Positions 12,118 through 20,676 of a DNA stretch of 64,000 nucleotides are shown piece by piece. Source of the DNA: Dehalococcoidia bacterium (GTDB lineage: Bacteria; Chloroflexota; Dehalococcoidia; Lucifugimonadales; UBA1127); contig OZ244559.1 of assembly GCA_965217675.1 (NCBI GenBank), positions 962,126 through 1,026,125 on the forward strand. The letters are read 5' to 3'. Position numbers and translations under genes: made by a program. Within the stretch, counting starts at the first letter, position 1, and every line of letters begins with the position of its first letter. Under the pieces are notes generated by a model. The model made no database searches, was not told where the DNA came from, and worked only from the letters and a program-made list of their open reading frames with translations.

Positions 12118-12363
12118 CTAGCGCGCGGAGAACTCCGCCGGGATCATGCCGCCGAGTTGTGCGTCCACCGCCATCGTGTGGCTGCAAGTGTGGTGGGTCG
12201 CGAAGAAGGCGCACTCACAACGCCACGTGCCGCCGTCGTAGGTGAGTGTGTGGTCTGAATGATCGCCGTGAAAGAGGACTGTGAACTTCAGGAGTGTGAC
12301 ACGCCCGGGGTCCTGAGCGTACCGCTTGGCTTTCTCTATCTTGCCAATGATCCCAGAGTTCAT
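12118..12363 (-). CDS. Small SWIM-type zinc-finger protein
   Basis: 81 aa; CxC...CxH pattern (CECAFFATHHTCSH). Confidence 0.75.
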   Translation of the reverse strand: MNSGIIGKIEKAKRYAQDPGRVTLLKFTVLFHGDHSDHTLTYDGGTWRCECAFFATHHTCSHTMAVDAQLGGMIPAEFSAR

Positions 12364-12507
12364 GCTCCCTCCTGGCTACAGATTGCTTAAGGCGCCATTC
12401 TAGAGAAACGATTGGATGAGGTCAACGACAATTTAATGGAGATTTGCGACGTTGGCGGTGCTGGTGAAGAGGGGCGGAATGTGGATTCACACGTAGTTCT
12501 TGGCCAC

Positions 12508-12536
12508 TTGACAAAGTCTTTGGCAGCCCGTACTGT
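12508..12536 (+). promoter_or_regulatory. Sigma70-type promoter for pyrG
   Basis: TTGACA (12508) - 17 nt - TACTGT (12531). Confidence 0.65.
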
Positions 12537-12689
12537 TTCGTTTTGTACGAGAACGCGCGTATCAGCCAAGGGTCCCCTGGGTTGGGGACGACGGCTCCCC
12601 CACCCTCAGCCCACTGGTTTCCACGTAGCACCAGCCAAGCCTCCGTTGTCGCATACCGCTCACATGCCGGGAGAAAGCGGCTGCCCCGT

Positions 12690-14351
12690 ATGACGAAATA
12701 CATATTTGTGACTGGCGGCGTGGTGAGTTCCGTCGGCAAAGGCATCAGCGTCGCATCCATAGCGCGAATCCTGAAGAGCGCCGGCCTCTCCGTCTCTGTC
12801 CAGAAGCTTGACCCCTACCTAAACGTCGACCCCGGCACCATGTCCCCGTACCAGCACGGCGAGGTCTTTGTCACGCGGGATGGGTCCGAGACGGACATGG
12901 ACTTGGGCCACTATGAGCGTTTCATCGATCTGGAGTTGACCAGCTCCTCTAGCGTGACCGCCGGACAGGTATACAGCGGCGTCATCGCCAACGAACGCCT
13001 CGGGAAGTACCTGGGAGGCACCATCCAAACGGTTCCACACGTTACCAACGTGATCAAGCAGCAGATGATGAAGCTGGCCGAGGAGTCGGACCCGGACGTT
13101 GTGGTGGTTGAGGTCGGCGGCACGGTCGGCGACATCGAGGGACTCCCCTTCCTGGAGGCGATCCGGCAGATGCCAAACGACGTGGGAAGGGACAACGTTT
13201 ACTACATTCACGTCACACTGCTGCCACACATCTCGTCGACGGGCGAGCTAAAGACGAAGCCAACCCAGCACAGCGTGAAGGAACTGCGGAGCATTGGTAT
13301 TCAGCCGGACTGCATCATGTGCCGCAGCGATTTCCCGGTGTCGGAGGACATCAAGGACAAGATTGCCCTGTTCTGCGACGTGAAACGGGACGCCGTAATC
13401 CCGCTGCCAACCGCCGAGTCGATCTACGAGGTTCCGCTGGTGCTCCAGGAAGCTGGCCTGTCGAGCCTGCTGGCGAATGCGCTAGGGCTGGGCGACCTCG
13501 AGCCGGATCTGCGGGACTGGGAGGAGATCGTCGGGCGGATCAAGGAGCCTAAGACACCGCTGTCGGTGGCCGTCGTAGGAAAGTACGCGAACCTGCCGGA
13601 GGCATACATCTCCGTGAAGGAGGCGCTGCACCACGCGGGCCTGTTCCACCATCGGGACGTGGAGGTCAAGTGGGTGCCGTCAGAGGACGTGGAGCGCGAG
13701 GGCGCAGACCGCTTCCTCAAGGACGCTTGCGGCATTGTGGTGCCGGGCGGTTTCGGCCCTCGGGGCGTCGATGGCATGGTCGAGGCGGTCAGGTACGCCC
13801 GCGAGCACCAGGTGCCGTTCTTGGGCCTGTGCCTGGGGATGCAGCTGATGGTCGTTGAGCGGACGCGAAGCTGTGCGGGCCTGCCTAAAGCAAACTCAAC
13901 CGAGTTTGACACGGAGACGCCGGATCCGGTGATCGACCTGATGCCGGAGCAGCGGGAGATCAAGGAGATGGGTGGCACCATGCGCTTGGGCGTGTACCCC
14001 TGCCACATGGCGCCCGGCACCATTGCGGCGAGGGCGTACAAGCAGGGTGTAGTGGACGAGCGGCACCGCCACCGCTTCGAGCTTAACAACGACTACCGCG
14101 AGAGGCTTGAGGACGCTGGGATGCGCTTCAGCGGGCTCTCGCCGGACGGGCGGTTGGTGGAGATTGCGGAGGCGGTGGACCATCCCTTCATGGTGGGAAC
14201 GCAGTTTCACCCGGAGTTTCGGTCCCGCCCCAACCGGCCGCACCCGCTCTTTCGTGAGTTCATTGCCGCGGCACAGCACGTGACGCGTGAGGGAATGCAG
14301 CCGCCGCTGCCGCTGGACGGTGTAGACGGCCCAGGAATCGTGGAGAAGTAA
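12690..14351 (+). CDS. pyrG: CTP synthase
   Basis: [60 protein letters not shown]. Confidence 0.97.
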   Translation: MTKYIFVTGGVVSSVGKGISVASIARILKSAGLSVSVQKLDPYLNVDPGTMSPYQHGEVFVTRDGSETDMDLGHYERFIDLELTSSSSVTAGQVYSGVIANERLGKYLGGTIQTVPHVTNVIKQQMMKLAEESDPDVVVVEVGGTVGDIEGLPFLEAIRQMPNDVGRDNVYYIHVTLLPHISSTGELKTKPTQHSVKELRSIGIQPDCIMCRSDFPVSEDIKDKIALFCDVKRDAVIPLPTAESIYEVPLVLQEAGLSSLLANALGLGDLEPDLRDWEEIVGRIKEPKTPLSVAVVGKYANLPEAYISVKEALHHAGLFHHRDVEVKWVPSEDVEREGADRFLKDACGIVVPGGFGPRGVDGMVEAVRYAREHQVPFLGLCLGMQLMVVERTRSCAGLPKANSTEFDTETPDPVIDLMPEQREIKEMGGTMRLGVYPCHMAPGTIAARAYKQGVVDERHRHRFELNNDYRERLEDAGMRFSGLSPDGRLVEIAEAVDHPFMVGTQFHPEFRSRPNRPHPLFREFIAAAQHVTREGMQPPLPLDGVDGPGIVEK

Positions 14352-14435
14352 TGCAAGAGCGTGCCCCCGCAGGCTCGACGTCAACACTAATCCAGAGAGT
14401 GGGGGAAAACGCCAGGACAGCGTCCAAGGAGTGAC

Positions 14436-15737
14436 ATGCAAGAGACCGCAGTGACTATGGCACAGTTGGAGGCCAAGACCAAGGAAGAATTGATCGAATT
14501 GGCCCATGAGATGGGCGTGGAGAACGGCGCCCAGCGGCGGGAGGAGATCGTCTTCCACCTGTTGGAGGCCTTCGCCAAGCGGCAGGGGTACGTGCTTGCC
14601 ACGGGCTTGCTGGAGATCATTGGCGACGGTTACGGCTTTCTGCGTCAGCAGGGCCTGCGTGCCGGCCCCGGCGACGTGTACATCTCGCAATCGCAGATAC
14701 GACGGTTCGGGCTGCGCACCGGGGACCAGGTTACTGGACAGGTGCGTCCGCCCAAGGAGGGCGAGCGCTACTTCGGCCTCATCCGCGTCGAGGCGGTGAA
14801 CGGTTCGGACCCGGAGCTGACGCGAACGCGCGCGCACTTCGACAACCTGACACCCATGTACCCCACGGAACAGCTGATACTGGAATCGCGCCCGGAAAAC
14901 CTGTCACAGCGGCTGATTGACCTGGTGTCGCCGCTTGGCAAGGGCCAGCGAGCGCTTATCGTGTCTCCACCCAAGGCCGGCAAGACCTTCCTGCTGAAGG
15001 ACATTGCCAACGGCGTGTTGGCCAATGCGCCGGACGTGTACCTGATGATCGTGCTGGCGGGTGAGCGGCCGGAAGAGGTTACGGACCTGCGACGCTCCAT
15101 CAAGGGCGAGGTCTACTCGTCGACGTTCGACGAACCCGTCGAGGACCACTGCCGAACGGCGGAGGTGTCCCTGGAGCGGGCCAAGCGGCTGGTTGAGAGC
15201 GGCAAGGACGTCGTGGTGCTCCTCGACAGCCTGACCCGGCTGGTCCGCGCATACAACCTTGCGCTCCCGTCCACGGGCCGCACGCTCTCCGGCGGCATCG
15301 ACACGAGCGCGCTGTACCCGCCCAAGCGCTTCTTCGGCGCGGCTCGCAACACGGAGGAGGGCGGCAGCCTCACCATCGTCGCGACGTGCTTGGTGGAGAC
15401 CGGCAGCCGTATGGATGAGGTCATCTACGAGGAGTTCAAGGGCACCGGCAACAGCGAAATCCACCTGGAGCGTCGGTTGGCAGAGAAGCGCGTCTTCCCC
15501 GCCCTCGACATCCACCGCAGCGGAACACGCCGTGACGAGCTTCTGCTGGCGGAAGAGACCTTCAAGCAGGTGATGCTCCTGCGCCGCATGATCTCGTTGT
15601 CCCAGCAGTCGTCCAACATGGACTCGACCGACGCCACCGAGCGGGTGCTAGAGTGGCTGCGCAAGTCCAAGACCAACAAGGAATTCTTCGCGAACTTGAT
15701 GCAGGAAGTGACGCGCGGCCGGGGAGTGGAAAGGTAG
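14436..15737 (+). CDS. rho: Transcription termination factor Rho
   Basis: DGYGFLR, RRFGLRTGD, GKGQRALIVSPPKAGKT, ERPEEVTD, STFDEP, FGAARN, EEFKGTGNSE. Confidence 0.97.
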   Translation: MQETAVTMAQLEAKTKEELIELAHEMGVENGAQRREEIVFHLLEAFAKRQGYVLATGLLEIIGDGYGFLRQQGLRAGPGDVYISQSQIRRFGLRTGDQVTGQVRPPKEGERYFGLIRVEAVNGSDPELTRTRAHFDNLTPMYPTEQLILESRPENLSQRLIDLVSPLGKGQRALIVSPPKAGKTFLLKDIANGVLANAPDVYLMIVLAGERPEEVTDLRRSIKGEVYSSTFDEPVEDHCRTAEVSLERAKRLVESGKDVVVLLDSLTRLVRAYNLALPSTGRTLSGGIDTSALYPPKRFFGAARNTEEGGSLTIVATCLVETGSRMDEVIYEEFKGTGNSEIHLERRLAEKRVFPALDIHRSGTRRDELLLAEETFKQVMLLRRMISLSQQSSNMDSTDATERVLEWLRKSKTNKEFFANLMQEVTRGRGVER

Positions 15738-16079
15738 GCCTCTCGCAAAGCTGGTCCGGGCCGTAGCCGTCGAGTCCCGCCTCTCCCCGCGATGTCCCAC
15801 GCATCCGCGAGCGCCTCTCCCGACGTACTGTTGTGTCCCCGATGTCGCCCCAACTTCCGCACTACGCCATCCGCAAGGATGCCCGGTTCACTGTTGCCGA
15901 GAATCTGGATGAACGGGCTTAGGGCGGCTTTGTCTCTCGATGAAGCGCAGGCAACTTGGCACGGGGTTCCTGAATCGCGGCTTCGTTAAATGGGCGAAAT
16001 GGTATGGTGGCGGCGGTTGAGACTCCCATACATACGGGAACCAGGGCTAGTGGGTGCAAGAGGTACGCGTAGGGACCCG

Positions 16080-16262
16080 CTACTGGCGCAGCGAGGGCGG
16101 CAGCAATTTGGGGATTGCGTCAATGATGGGGTAGGTCTGGGGGCACTCCGGGCAGTGGAGCGAGCCCGAAATGACCTCGTCGTTTTCCTCCGCCTCCGCG
16201 TTGAGCAGCAGCGGGGACTTGCAGACTGGGCACGCCAGGATGTCCATGAGGTCTCGGCGCAT
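16080..16262 (-). CDS. Trm112-like zinc-ribbon protein
   Basis: MRRDLMDILACPVCK...LHCPEC..YPIIDAIPKLL. Confidence 0.85.
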   Translation of the reverse strand: MRRDLMDILACPVCKSPLLLNAEAEENDEVISGSLHCPECPQTYPIIDAIPKLLPPSLRQ

Positions 16263-16299
16263 TGCACGCTCCTTACGGGCCAATGAGGGCAGAGTACAC

Positions 16300-16776
16300 C
16301 TATTGCAGCGCGCGTTCAAACAGCGCCTGCATCACTGTCGATAGCAGGAAGACCACGACGCCAATGATCACGACCTGGTTGGCCGAGTCCATGGTCCGGC
16401 GCCACCCGGAGCGGGGCGCGGCCGGCGTCGCTCGTGTCGAGGCCAACGCTGGCCTCCTTCTGCGAATCACGCCGGCCAACCAGAACATCCACAGCGTCAG
16501 CGCCAGCTTCGCCCCCAGTACGGCTGCGTACCCTACCCCTGTGTGCTGGGATGTCAGCCGTTCAAAGGCGAGAACGACCCCGGTGATCACCATCGCGATG
16601 ACGGAAATGTCCACCAGCCAGCGGAACTCGTCCGCAAGCGTCTGACCGCCGCTTCCCGCCTGCCGGGTCAGAGGCCGGATAACGAGCACGTAGACGACGC
16701 CGCCACCCACCCAGAACGCGGCCGCCAGCGTGTGCACCCACTGGGCAATAACCAGCGCAACCGCCGATATGTCCAC
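16300..16776 (-). CDS. CopD-like membrane protein
   Basis: Four hydrophobic helices; WVHTLAAAFWVGG and YAAVLGAKLAL; GTG after GGAG. Confidence 0.65.
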   Translation of the reverse strand: MDISAVALVIAQWVHTLAAAFWVGGGVVYVLVIRPLTRQAGSGGQTLADEFRWLVDISVIAMVITGVVLAFERLTSQHTGVGYAAVLGAKLALTLWMFWLAGVIRRRRPALASTRATPAAPRSGWRRTMDSANQVVIIGVVVFLLSTVMQALFERALQ

Positions 16777-16780
16777 GCCG

Positions 16781-18073
16781 CTACTCCCTCGCCGTCTCTT
16801 CCGTGACCAGTTCCGTCCCCCGTGAGAGGGCCTGCCGGCGGGCGTTGTCGTCCAGGTCCGTGCGCCCCTCCAGGTAACGCTCCAGCGCCTGCTGCGGCGT
16901 GATGCCGCGGGCGTCCGAGCCAATGCGCGGCTGCCTGGCGTGGATGACCTCTCGGCTGACTGCGGCGACGGAGTGTGCCCCGGCAAGGGCGCCGCGGATT
17001 GCGCGCTCGTTCACGCGGCCTGCTATGGCGGCCGGTACAGTGACGTGCACACGGACCACGGCGCCTTCGAATTCGCGCTGTGCTATGTGCTCGAGAACCA
17101 GGGCGGTGGGGTCTTCGGTCTCCGGAGGTACGGTGACCTCGATTGTGAGGAAGCGGCGGGCGTCTGTCGAGACGTGCTGCCACCGTGTGCGCTGCCCCCT
17201 CGGCGCCTCGGGGTCGATGTCGACGACGCAAAAGCCCTTGCGGTCGTCCTCCTCGCTGAAGTCGACGCGCTGGAGGCTGCCCGGATAGACCACGGGTGGC
17301 GACGCGATGAGGCACTGGTGCTTGTGGATGTGCCCCAGGGCGACATAATCGAAGGCGGGCAGCGCGAGTGTGCTTGGCTGCAGGGCGTAGTCGCGGCCCA
17401 ACATCATCGAACGCTCCGAGCTGGACACGGCGCCGTTCACAGTGACGTGGCCCGCGAGGATGGCTGGGACGTTGGGGTCGAGGGCATCGGCCTCCGTCAG
17501 AATGCGCGCTGTCAGATCCTCTTCCACGTAGCGCGTGACTTCGTCGATGGGAGCGCCCTGGTGCTCCTCACGCGCCAACAACTGCCCGCGGCGGATCCAC
17601 GGCAGGGCCACGACCTGCAGCGGGCCGGAACGGGTCTCGACAAGGTGCGTCCCGAACCGTTCGGCCACGGTGACACCGGACACGTCTAGCGTCGGGAAGA
17701 TGGCGAGGGCAGTGGCTCGCGTCGGCGAGTGGGCGATGTCATGGTTGCCGGTGAGCAGGAAGACCGGGATGCCCCGGTTCACCAGGTTCGCCATCCGGCG
17801 CGCAAACTCACGCTGGTGCGTCTGCGACGGATCGCGGCTCTTGTAGGCGTCGCCGGCGATGAGGACGAGGTCGGCGTCGTTGCGTTTTGCGTAGTCGACC
17901 ACCTGGTCGAGGGCGCAGAGAAAGTCGAGTAGGCGCGTGGAGAGGCCAAGGTACGTGCGCCGGTCGACGCCGGGGGCGAAGTAGGCGGGCATGGCGTCGA
18001 TGTCCGACTGGGTGGCGGGTCGCCCGTAGCTCTCGACGCCTATGTGGACATCAGCCGTATGGACGATGCGCAC
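16781..18073 (-). CDS. sbcD: SbcD/Mre11-family exonuclease subunit
   Basis: HTADVHIG, IAGDAY, GNHD, AGHVTV, DYVALGHIH, YPGSLQRVDFSEE. Confidence 0.9.
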   Translation of the reverse strand: MRIVHTADVHIGVESYGRPATQSDIDAMPAYFAPGVDRRTYLGLSTRLLDFLCALDQVVDYAKRNDADLVLIAGDAYKSRDPSQTHQREFARRMANLVNRGIPVFLLTGNHDIAHSPTRATALAIFPTLDVSGVTVAERFGTHLVETRSGPLQVVALPWIRRGQLLAREEHQGAPIDEVTRYVEEDLTARILTEADALDPNVPAILAGHVTVNGAVSSSERSMMLGRDYALQPSTLALPAFDYVALGHIHKHQCLIASPPVVYPGSLQRVDFSEEDDRKGFCVVDIDPEAPRGQRTRWQHVSTDARRFLTIEVTVPPETEDPTALVLEHIAQREFEGAVVRVHVTVPAAIAGRVNERAIRGALAGAHSVAAVSREVIHARQPRIGSDARGITPQQALERYLEGRTDLDDNARRQALSRGTELVTEETARE

Positions 18074-18079
18074 GGGGGC

Positions 18080-18427
18080 TCACAGCTCCATGACGCGGCG
18101 GAGCCATTGGGACAGGCCTTCCATGTCTCGTCTGGAGAGAGTTCCCAGCTTGCGAAGCAAGTGCGAGGAGCGCAGCGTGGTCAGCCGGGCGCGAACGGTG
18201 CTCGGCCCCAGCAGTCCTGCGTTCGTCCAGTCCATGACGGTGTAGTCGCCTATGCGAGGCGTTGCCCGGCCGTGGCCCGTTATGGGGGCGATGATGACCT
18301 CGCCCGTGCCGGTGTTGAAGTGGTCGCCGCTGACGACGACGGCGGGCCTGCGCTGGGTGGATGTCGGCGAGTTCAACGGGAAGGGGACGAGGACCACGTC
18401 GCCGTGGTGGGTGTTAGAGACGGTCAT
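18080..18427 (-). CDS. PemK/MazF-family toxin
   Basis: GDVVLVPFP...RRPAVVVS..FN....VIIAPIT...GLLGPSTVRA.L.TL....L.RKLGTL. Confidence 0.88.
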   Translation of the reverse strand: MTVSNTHHGDVVLVPFPLNSPTSTQRRPAVVVSGDHFNTGTGEVIIAPITGHGRATPRIGDYTVMDWTNAGLLGPSTVRARLTTLRSSHLLRKLGTLSRRDMEGLSQWLRRVMEL

Positions 18428-18833
18428 AGGCCGCGTCCTCGGGGCTGTCCCAATCCGTCGTGAAGCTCTCGTCCGTAGCGGAGATGAGGGCGGAGGCCTC
18501 CTCCTGCAGGTTCAGGTCCTCTACGGCCTTGTGGGTGGCAACGTACAGGTCTTTGCCGGTGGGACGGGGGAACTTCTCTATGTAGCCGGACTTGACCTGC
18601 TGGCCAATCCACTGGTGCGGCGTCTCGTGCTCGTCGAGGAGGCCGAAGAGGCCCTTCTGGTCGAGGCCGCCGGTGGCATAGAGGCGGGTCAGGAGCTCGC
18701 GGCGGCGCCGATACATGCGCTCCATGGTGTCTTCCATGGGGGAACCTAGGAGCTCCTGCAGCTTATCGATGGTCTCACGCAAGGTGCGAAGGCACGCGAT
18801 GATCTGGTCGTTGTGATTGGAATTGCTTGTCAT
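18414..18833 (-). CDS. Putative antitoxin with wHTH-like core and acidic C-terminal peptide
   Basis: Overlaps toxin start by 14 nt; AGGAG RBS; ends ESFTTDWDSPEDAAYDRL. Confidence 0.65.
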   Translation of the reverse strand: MTSNSNHNDQIIACLRTLRETIDKLQELLGSPMEDTMERMYRRRRELLTRLYATGGLDQKGLFGLLDEHETPHQWIGQQVKSGYIEKFPRPTGKDLYVATHKAVEDLNLQEEASALISATDESFTTDWDSPEDAAYDRL

Positions 18834-18858
18834 GTGCAAAGCTCCTGAAAAGCGTTTC

Positions 18859-18880
18859 GTTAGCTTCTAACACAATCGTA
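18859..18880 (-). promoter_or_regulatory. Extended -10 promoter and candidate autoregulatory operator of the TA pair
   Basis: TGgTACGAT (minus strand, hexamer 18875-18880) followed by inverted repeat GTTAG-N3-CTAAC (18859-18871). Confidence 0.5.
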
Positions 18881-19092
18881 CCAGAAAACGCGACAGCGGT
18901 ACAGCGGGAGCATGGTATCACCGAGACCATCGCCGGGCAACATTCTCAGGCGGATTGAGATTGAGTCGCAAGGTTGGGAGGGGCTACCAACTGAAACGCC
19001 GTTCCGAGACATCTTGCGTAGCCCTGGGATGGAAGGCCGGCGCATACGAGGACAGCCCTCATCCCCGCCACAGCGCCAGCGTGGCGGGGGCG

Positions 19093-19340
19093 TGGGCAGG
19101 GTGAATTGTTTCTGAAGCCTGCCTCCGATCATAGCTGAGCAGGGGCGGATTGTTTTCAAACAATTGCCTTTCGTCGTAGCTGGGCAGGGGTGGATTGTTT
19201 TCAAACAATTGCCTCCCGTCGTAGCTGGGCCGAGGGAGTTGTTTCGAAACAATCGTAGCTGGGTGAGACTTTGTTTGGGAAACAATCTCGTAGCTGAACT
19301 GCGGGGTCTCGAATACGGCAATTGAATTGTTTCAGGAAGA
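19093..19340. repeat. Tandem array of degenerate 34-45 bp units with TAGCTG and TTGTTT-N2/3-AAACAA palindromes
   Basis: TAGCTG at 19132, 19177, 19222, 19256, 19291 (periods 45, 45, 34, 35). Confidence 0.85.
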
Positions 19341-19548
19341 TGTTCTTCTAGGGATGCACACCCGGGATCTTTCACGCGCGCTGTCAGGAGCGTCGGGTTG
19401 CAGCGGGGTATGCCCGAAATTGAGAGTGCGTGGTGTTCCATAAGGCAAACGTAGCCGCGCGAGGGAGAGCGGGACATGGGGATGGTGTCAGGGCGTCGGT
19501 GCGTGGGGGCAGTTTCCACCCGCTGGACGCCTTGGGCGGGCCGACGAG

Positions 19549-19833
19549 CTACCAACTAAAATGCAATTCCAGCACGTCCTCCGTCGTCCACGGAAGCGAG
19601 TTCAGCCAGGCCCAGATAGCGGCCTCTTCCTTGAATGGCACCTTGCGCTCTCTACAGAAATCCCGCAGCAGCCGTCGCAGCGGGCGCCGCTCGAAGTAGA
19701 GGTACGCCTCGCCCTCGGCGCGCGCCCACTCCCCGGCCTCCCAGTCCTGAGCCATCTCCCTCGCGAAGTCATACGCGAGGCCCTTAGTGATGTCCAAGTA
19801 CTGAAAGGACATGATGCCCATGTGGAGGGACAT
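19549..19833 (-). CDS. Hypothetical protein (94 aa)
   Basis: ATG after GGGGG; own sigma70-like promoter; GC3-rich codons; no recognised motif. Confidence 0.7.
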   Translation of the reverse strand: MSLHMGIMSFQYLDITKGLAYDFAREMAQDWEAGEWARAEGEAYLYFERRPLRRLLRDFCRERKVPFKEEAAIWAWLNSLPWTTEDVLELHFSW

Positions 19834-19851
19834 GGCTAACCCCCTACTGCA

Positions 19852-19891
19852 AAGTGGTCCAGGACCATAAGCAGCAAGGGGGGATTGTCAA
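19852..19891 (-). promoter_or_regulatory. Sigma70 promoter overlapping GGTCC-W-GGACC repeat (copy 1)
   Basis: TTGACA (19886-19891) - 16 nt - TATGGT (19864-19869); GGTCC 19856 and GGACC 19862. Confidence 0.65.
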
Positions 19892-19920
19892 GGGGAGCGA
19901 AAGCGGAAGGAAGAGAGTCG

Positions 19921-20676
19921 TTAGAAGTCAAGAATGCTGGTCTGAGCCGTATCGATAAGCTCTTGTAATTCGCGAAAGGTGCCCGGCCCGCCGATATTGT
20001 CCCACATCTCCTCACCAATCAAGACTTCCTGCGTCATATCCATCACCCGCTTTGTAATATTGTGTCCATATGCCTCGCGAGTTATGAAAGGGTTGTATGT
20101 GAGTCCCATGAATGCCCTGGCTGTCGGAATGCCCCGGCGTGCCATCATGGTTTCAAATGTGAGCATTTTCCGTTTGGATTCCGCCACCATGTCCAGGTTT
20201 GGCCTGGGAGTTTTCAACTCGATGAACAATGGCCCGGTGGTGTAGTCTTCTATGTACAGGTCGGCAGTTACGGCCATGTTGAGAATACCGCCACCACCGG
20301 AACCCAATATCTCGCTGCGTTCTGCATCGTGGTTTGGGTTCCTGCGCCTCCCGGAACGCAACTCATTGGCGATTTGAGCAATCATGTTGCTTGCCGCATC
20401 ATTCAACTGGCCAGTGATCTCATGTTCAAGGTTGACCTTGCTGAATCGGTCCAAAGCAATTGCTTCAGCCAACTTGGGATAGAGTGTACTTCCCATGGAG
20501 GTAACGATGCTGCGCTCAAGACGGGCGGCCAGTATGGCCTGATCCGGAAATACGAGTCTATGGAACGGGTAGGCAGTCCGTAAGTCCGTTGCGGCCAAGC
20601 TTTCAATCTTGGGCCGTTGCGAAAGCACAAACTGCTGCATGATGGTGATGATCCTTTGCCGAGTGCTTTCCTTCAT
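19921..20676 (-). CDS. Type II restriction endonuclease, TdeIII/MjaII-like
   Basis: RSIVTSMG, ADLYI...FIELKTPRPN (PD-ExK), GLTYNPF, LIGEEMWDNIGGPGTF; ATG overlaps MTase TGA; visibly lower GC. Confidence 0.75.
   Translation of the reverse strand: MKESTRQRIITIMQQFVLSQRPKIESLAATDLRTAYPFHRLVFPDQAILAARLERSIVTSMGSTLYPKLAEAIALDRFSKVNLEHEITGQLNDAASNMIAQIANELRSGRRRNPNHDAERSEILGSGGGGILNMAVTADLYIEDYTTGPLFIELKTPRPNLDMVAESKRKMLTFETMMARRGIPTARAFMGLTYNPFITREAYGHNITKRVMDMTQEVLIGEEMWDNIGGPGTFRELQELIDTAQTSILDF

Noticed and set aside
14436-15737. Rho motif LAGERPEEVT instead of LIDERPEEVT
   Set aside because: As far as I recall, a Gly at this position is a normal Chloroflexota variant; all other motifs are intact.
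15738-16079. Possible ncRNA between rho and the Trm112-like gene
   Set aside because: No recognisable SRP, 6S, tmRNA or RNase P features; needs an Rfam search.
19093-19340. Possible CRISPR array
   Set aside because: Units are directly adjacent degenerate repeats of uneven length with no unique spacers, and no cas genes are in the window.
18860-19555. 231-aa ORF containing 15-aa repeats
   Set aside because: Low-complexity Pro/Arg/Ser/Cys composition, no RBS or motif; better explained as read-through of the DNA repeat element. Not excluded without Ribo-seq.
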